From: Nemertoderma westbladi
Lineage: Eukaryota > Animalia > Xenacoelomorpha
Assembly (NCBI GenBank): GCA_032718475.1
Contig: JAUCBJ010005925.1
Span: 1 to 49,556, forward strand
DNA: 49,556 nucleotides
Direction of reading: 5' to 3'
Part shown: positions 46,188 through 49,556 of the stretch, piece after piece
Layout: each line of letters opens with the position of its first letter
Numbering within the stretch: position 1 is the stretch's first letter
Made by a program: the position numbers and the translations under genes
The notes under the pieces: generated by a model
What the model was told of the DNA's origin: nothing
Databases searched by the model: none
What the model saw: the letters and a program-made list of their open reading frames with translations, nothing else

Positions 46188-47564
46188 GCCCTTTGTATAC
46201 TATTGATTTTTAAATTACCATTGGATATACTGTATATTTTAATTAGATGCATTGGTCACTTTCTTTCTGATAATTCCGTTTGGTGTCTGTTTTTATTTTC
46301 TTCTGTGTCCGCTTAGCAACTGTGAGTGTACCTGGTTTTTACCGTAAGTGTACCAAGTGTTAAATCACAAGTGTTCACTGTGTTAATAATATAATAATTA
46401 ACCCTGATGAAGGATATGAAATATATTCGAAAATTTTCATTTTTTATCATGAAGCTTATCCTCAGCAACGGACTCATTTCAATTATATAATAGGCATTAT
46501 GTTTGTCGGTTTAGAGAAAATAAAAATAACAACAAATTGTCTTTTTCAACAAATTGTCATGCTTTTTTGTTAGGTTTTTCTCTCGATAAATGTTCTAGAA
46601 CTTATATTGAGTGTTCTAGAACTTTAAAAAATGTTCTAGAACATTTTAATTATGAATTTTCTAGAAAATAAATTACTTACTCTTAAAAAGAAAATTATTT
46701 AAAAAATTGTTCAATTTTAAAATTGTTTATGCTATTTTGCCTGCTTTTTTTCTATTGACAAGAGATCTAGACCATTTATTAAATGTTCTAGAACATGTAC
46801 CAAATGTTCTAGATCATTTTTATTATCAATTTTCGAAAAAAAATATTCTAGAATATTTGTTCTTTTAAAAAGAATTATTAAAATGATTGTTTAATTAAAA
46901 AAAATTGGAATACAGAACAACTAACCATAACGATAGCATCCCAGAACATTTTTTAAAATGTTAGCTAGGGCTAGCTATAGGTATAACTATAGACTATACG
47001 CTATAGACTATAGGCTATAGCTATAGGCCTAGATATAAATTACTAGCTATAATTGTAAATTATTACTTGAGTACATAAAATTACTAGATATATGTTAATT
47101 ATACAAAAAAAATTGTTAAAAAAAAAACAAAAAAATATTAAAACATTTTTTTTTTAAATGTTCTAGAACAAAAAATTGTATGTTCTAGAACATTATTTAA
47201 TAAAAAAAATAATTCGAAATATCCTAGAATACTTCACACTAACATTAAAAAGTAGTAGCTGGTAAACTAAACACATTTTAGAGCAAACTGAAAATGTTGC
47301 ACATACGGAACTCTAGCCGTTTTCATAATTATTATTTGCAATATCTCATAAAACACTAGCTACCATAAAAATATTTGATAGCTACCCTAATATTATGGGA
47401 AGGTCCAATTGTGTTCTAAAACACTAATTAAAACAAAAAAGCACATTAAAAATCACAATCCAGATTTGGTGTACATGTACGGTGGTGATACCGTTATCGA
47501 GGCCGACAAAAAATACTTTCTTTTTGTAAAATATGTTGTAAGATATGTCTTTAAAATATTGAAT

Positions 47565-48150
47565 TTTGAATTAGAAGTTTAACGTAACAAAGTTATCGCA
47601 AATTTTAGGTTATTTTTAAGCTATACTTTGTGTGTGGAGATGATATTCCAGAACTTTAATCAACTAATTAATCAAACAAAAAATTTGATTTAACTAGCTA
47701 CTGGAGCAAAATAACCTAATACTAAACATGCTAAAAATGCTAAATTTATTAATAATAACCAACGTGATTACTGATCTAGAAAAAATAATGCGAATTCCAC
47801 AGAGTAAACTTCTCTTTGATTGGATAAATATTTTATTATCCGCATTATTTATGGAAGATTGATTGGATAATTACTATATTATTGTACACAAATGGGGACA
47901 TAATAAAGTAATTATTGTGCGCACTTTTGCAGACAACAAAGGGGATATTTAAAGAAAGATAATGATGTTCAACATTAATCAATAAGAAAGGCAAAGGGAA
48001 TTATGATTTGAAAGAATGGGGGGGGGGGGGGGGGGGGGGTGATTGGGGCAGGCAAAGTAATACCGCATAGCTAGTAGTAGCTAATATTATCTCATTTAAA
48101 ATTTGTGGCTTTTTGCGATAACTTTGTTACGTTAAAATTCTAATTTAAAA
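47565..48150. repeat. ~40-bp inverted repeat pair (MITE remnant)
   Basis: TTTAACGTAACAAAGTTATCGCAAA (47578-47602) vs TTTGCGATAACTTTGTTACGTTAAA (48112-48136), with flanking partial matches. Confidence 0.7.
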
Positions 48151-48546
48151 GTGGCTCTTTCAAAGAAAACAACATCTTTTACACTGTAGTTATAGACAAT
48201 AATAAAATCACGTTATAAATAATTGCAGTGAATTTTGAAGAAATATAATTTAATTTTGAAAAATAAATAGAAATGAAAGACATATTATTGGCGGGAAATA
48301 CGAGAAAATATTGAACAGAAATGTTAGGCTAATATGAAAGGTTGTGGGGGGGGGGGGGGGGGGGGGGGGGGTGGGGGACTTGGACAAGAGCAGTAAAAAC
48401 CTACAGTAAAACCGGTAGCCTACCTACAGTACATAAGCAGACTGTCTGATATGTGTGTTATTATTGTGTTTTTCATTATAGTTTATAGAAATATATAAAT
48501 ATATATATATAGTAAGACAAGATTGTGTGTTGCAGCTCGGCTAATC

Positions 48547-49499
48547 TATATATATTTAGTTTAACAAGGGAGATAGTCACTGTTGAAAAGAAAAGCAGTC
48601 ATAGTTAAACCAAATTTTCGATCCTATTCCAGTACCGTTATCAAGGATATAATGTATTAAATCACCAACTGTTAAAAATGACAGAATGCAAAAACAATGA
48701 CTGTAGGCCTAAAGGCAATCTAGTTATATTACTGTAGGCAAGTAAGACAATTAAGATATATATAATTAAGTAGGATATATATATACTGTATCTATTTATA
48801 CCCATTAACAAAAAAGCATTATCAAAAGTAAAGAAATTAACCGGCGACATACAGTAGAAACCATATATCTGATTAGATAAAGTAGGCAACTGAACAGTTC
48901 ACGCACATTAGACAGTATTATTATGAAGTTGCAGAATGGTAAAACTTTTCACATAATATAGTGATTTATTACTCAAGAACCAAAAACAAGGCATTACACA
49001 GTAAACTGCATTAGCACAGCATTACTGTGTAATGCCTTGTTTTTGGTTCTTGAGTAATAAATAATCACTATATTATTTGTAAAGTTTTACCATTCTGCAA
49101 CTTCATAATAATACTGTCTAATGTGCGTTTACTGTTCAGTTGCCTACTTTATCTAATCAGATATATGGTTTCTACTGTATGTCGCCGGTTAATTTCTTTA
49201 CTTTTGATAATGTTTTTTTGTTAATGGGTATAAATAGATACAGTATATATATATCCTACTTAATTATATATATCTTAATTGTCTTACTTGCCTACAGTAA
49301 TATAACTAGATTGCCTTTAGGCCTACAGTTATTGTACATGCCTACAGTCATTGTTTTTGCATTCTGTCATTTTAACAGTTGGTGGTTTAATACATTATAT
49401 CCTTGATAACGGTACTGGAATAGGATCGAATATTTGGTTTAACTATGACTGCTTTTCTTTTCAACAGTGGCTATCTCCCTTGTTAAACTAAATATATAT
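48547..49499. mobile_element. ~950-bp near-perfect palindrome (foldback MITE) bounded by (TA)n
   Basis: Arms of ~455-475 bp meet at a ~17-nt spacer (~49005-49021). The mirrored ORFs 48662-48889(-) and 49140-49406(+) share the same N-terminal sequence. Both ends run into TA dinucleotide tracts. Confidence 0.93.
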
Positions 49500-49556
49500 A
49501 TATATATATACTTCTTATTATAGTTCCACCAGTGGCTACGTTTTGTTCTTATAAGT

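Larger units (their letters stand above)
44156..46489. mobile_element. Element with ~100-bp inverted termini containing hammerhead-like motifs (Penelope-like or MITE)
   Basis: 44156-44260 is the imperfect reverse complement of 46395-46489. Termini contain CTGATGA-stem-GAAA. Confidence 0.65.
43262..47532. mobile_element. Old foldback-type element with long degenerate inverted arms rich in GTTCTAGAAC palindromes
   Basis: CCGTACATGTACACCAAATC (~43340-43359) vs GATTTGGTGTACATGTACGG (47463-47482). TTTTACAAAAGGAAAG vs CTTTCTTTTTGTAAAA. TTATGGTAGCTA vs TAGCTACCATAA. Internal inverted repeat at 43704-44066. Confidence 0.65.

Noticed and set aside
48662-49406. Duplicated hydrophobic ORFs MPTLSNQIYGFYCMSP...
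   Set aside because: Mirror translations of the palindrome arms. They start at TTG, are AT-rich and have no known domain.

Overview
AT-rich eukaryotic, probably invertebrate animal, genomic DNA. Bases 1100-22074 are a single array of about 700 copies of a 30-bp unit. Its junctions indicate it grew in place from what looks like the 3' splice site of a degenerate, minus-strand LINE ORF1 (L1TD1-like) sequence at 468-1118. Three spliced genes can be rebuilt by hand: (1) an RNF115/RNF126-like RING-H2 gene on + (exons 22265-22398 and 23423-23656), whose upstream intron probably contains the whole satellite; (2) a complete two-coding-exon EXT1 (exostosin-1) on - (31608-29900 and 29502-29079); (3) a divergent profilin-like gene on - (exons 40392-40295, 37933-37837, 33447-33254; first exon not found) that the ORF track shows only in part. 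Tandem repeats recur at gene-structure boundaries: a splice acceptor, a splice donor and two stop codons. The rest is dense with mobile elements: tRNA-SINEs, RTE-like fragments, hAT/P/piggyBac-like MITEs, a long-TIR element carrying a YqaJ-like exonuclease fragment, nested foldback elements with hammerhead-like motifs and a ~950-bp palindrome. All calls come from visual reading; no database searches were run.
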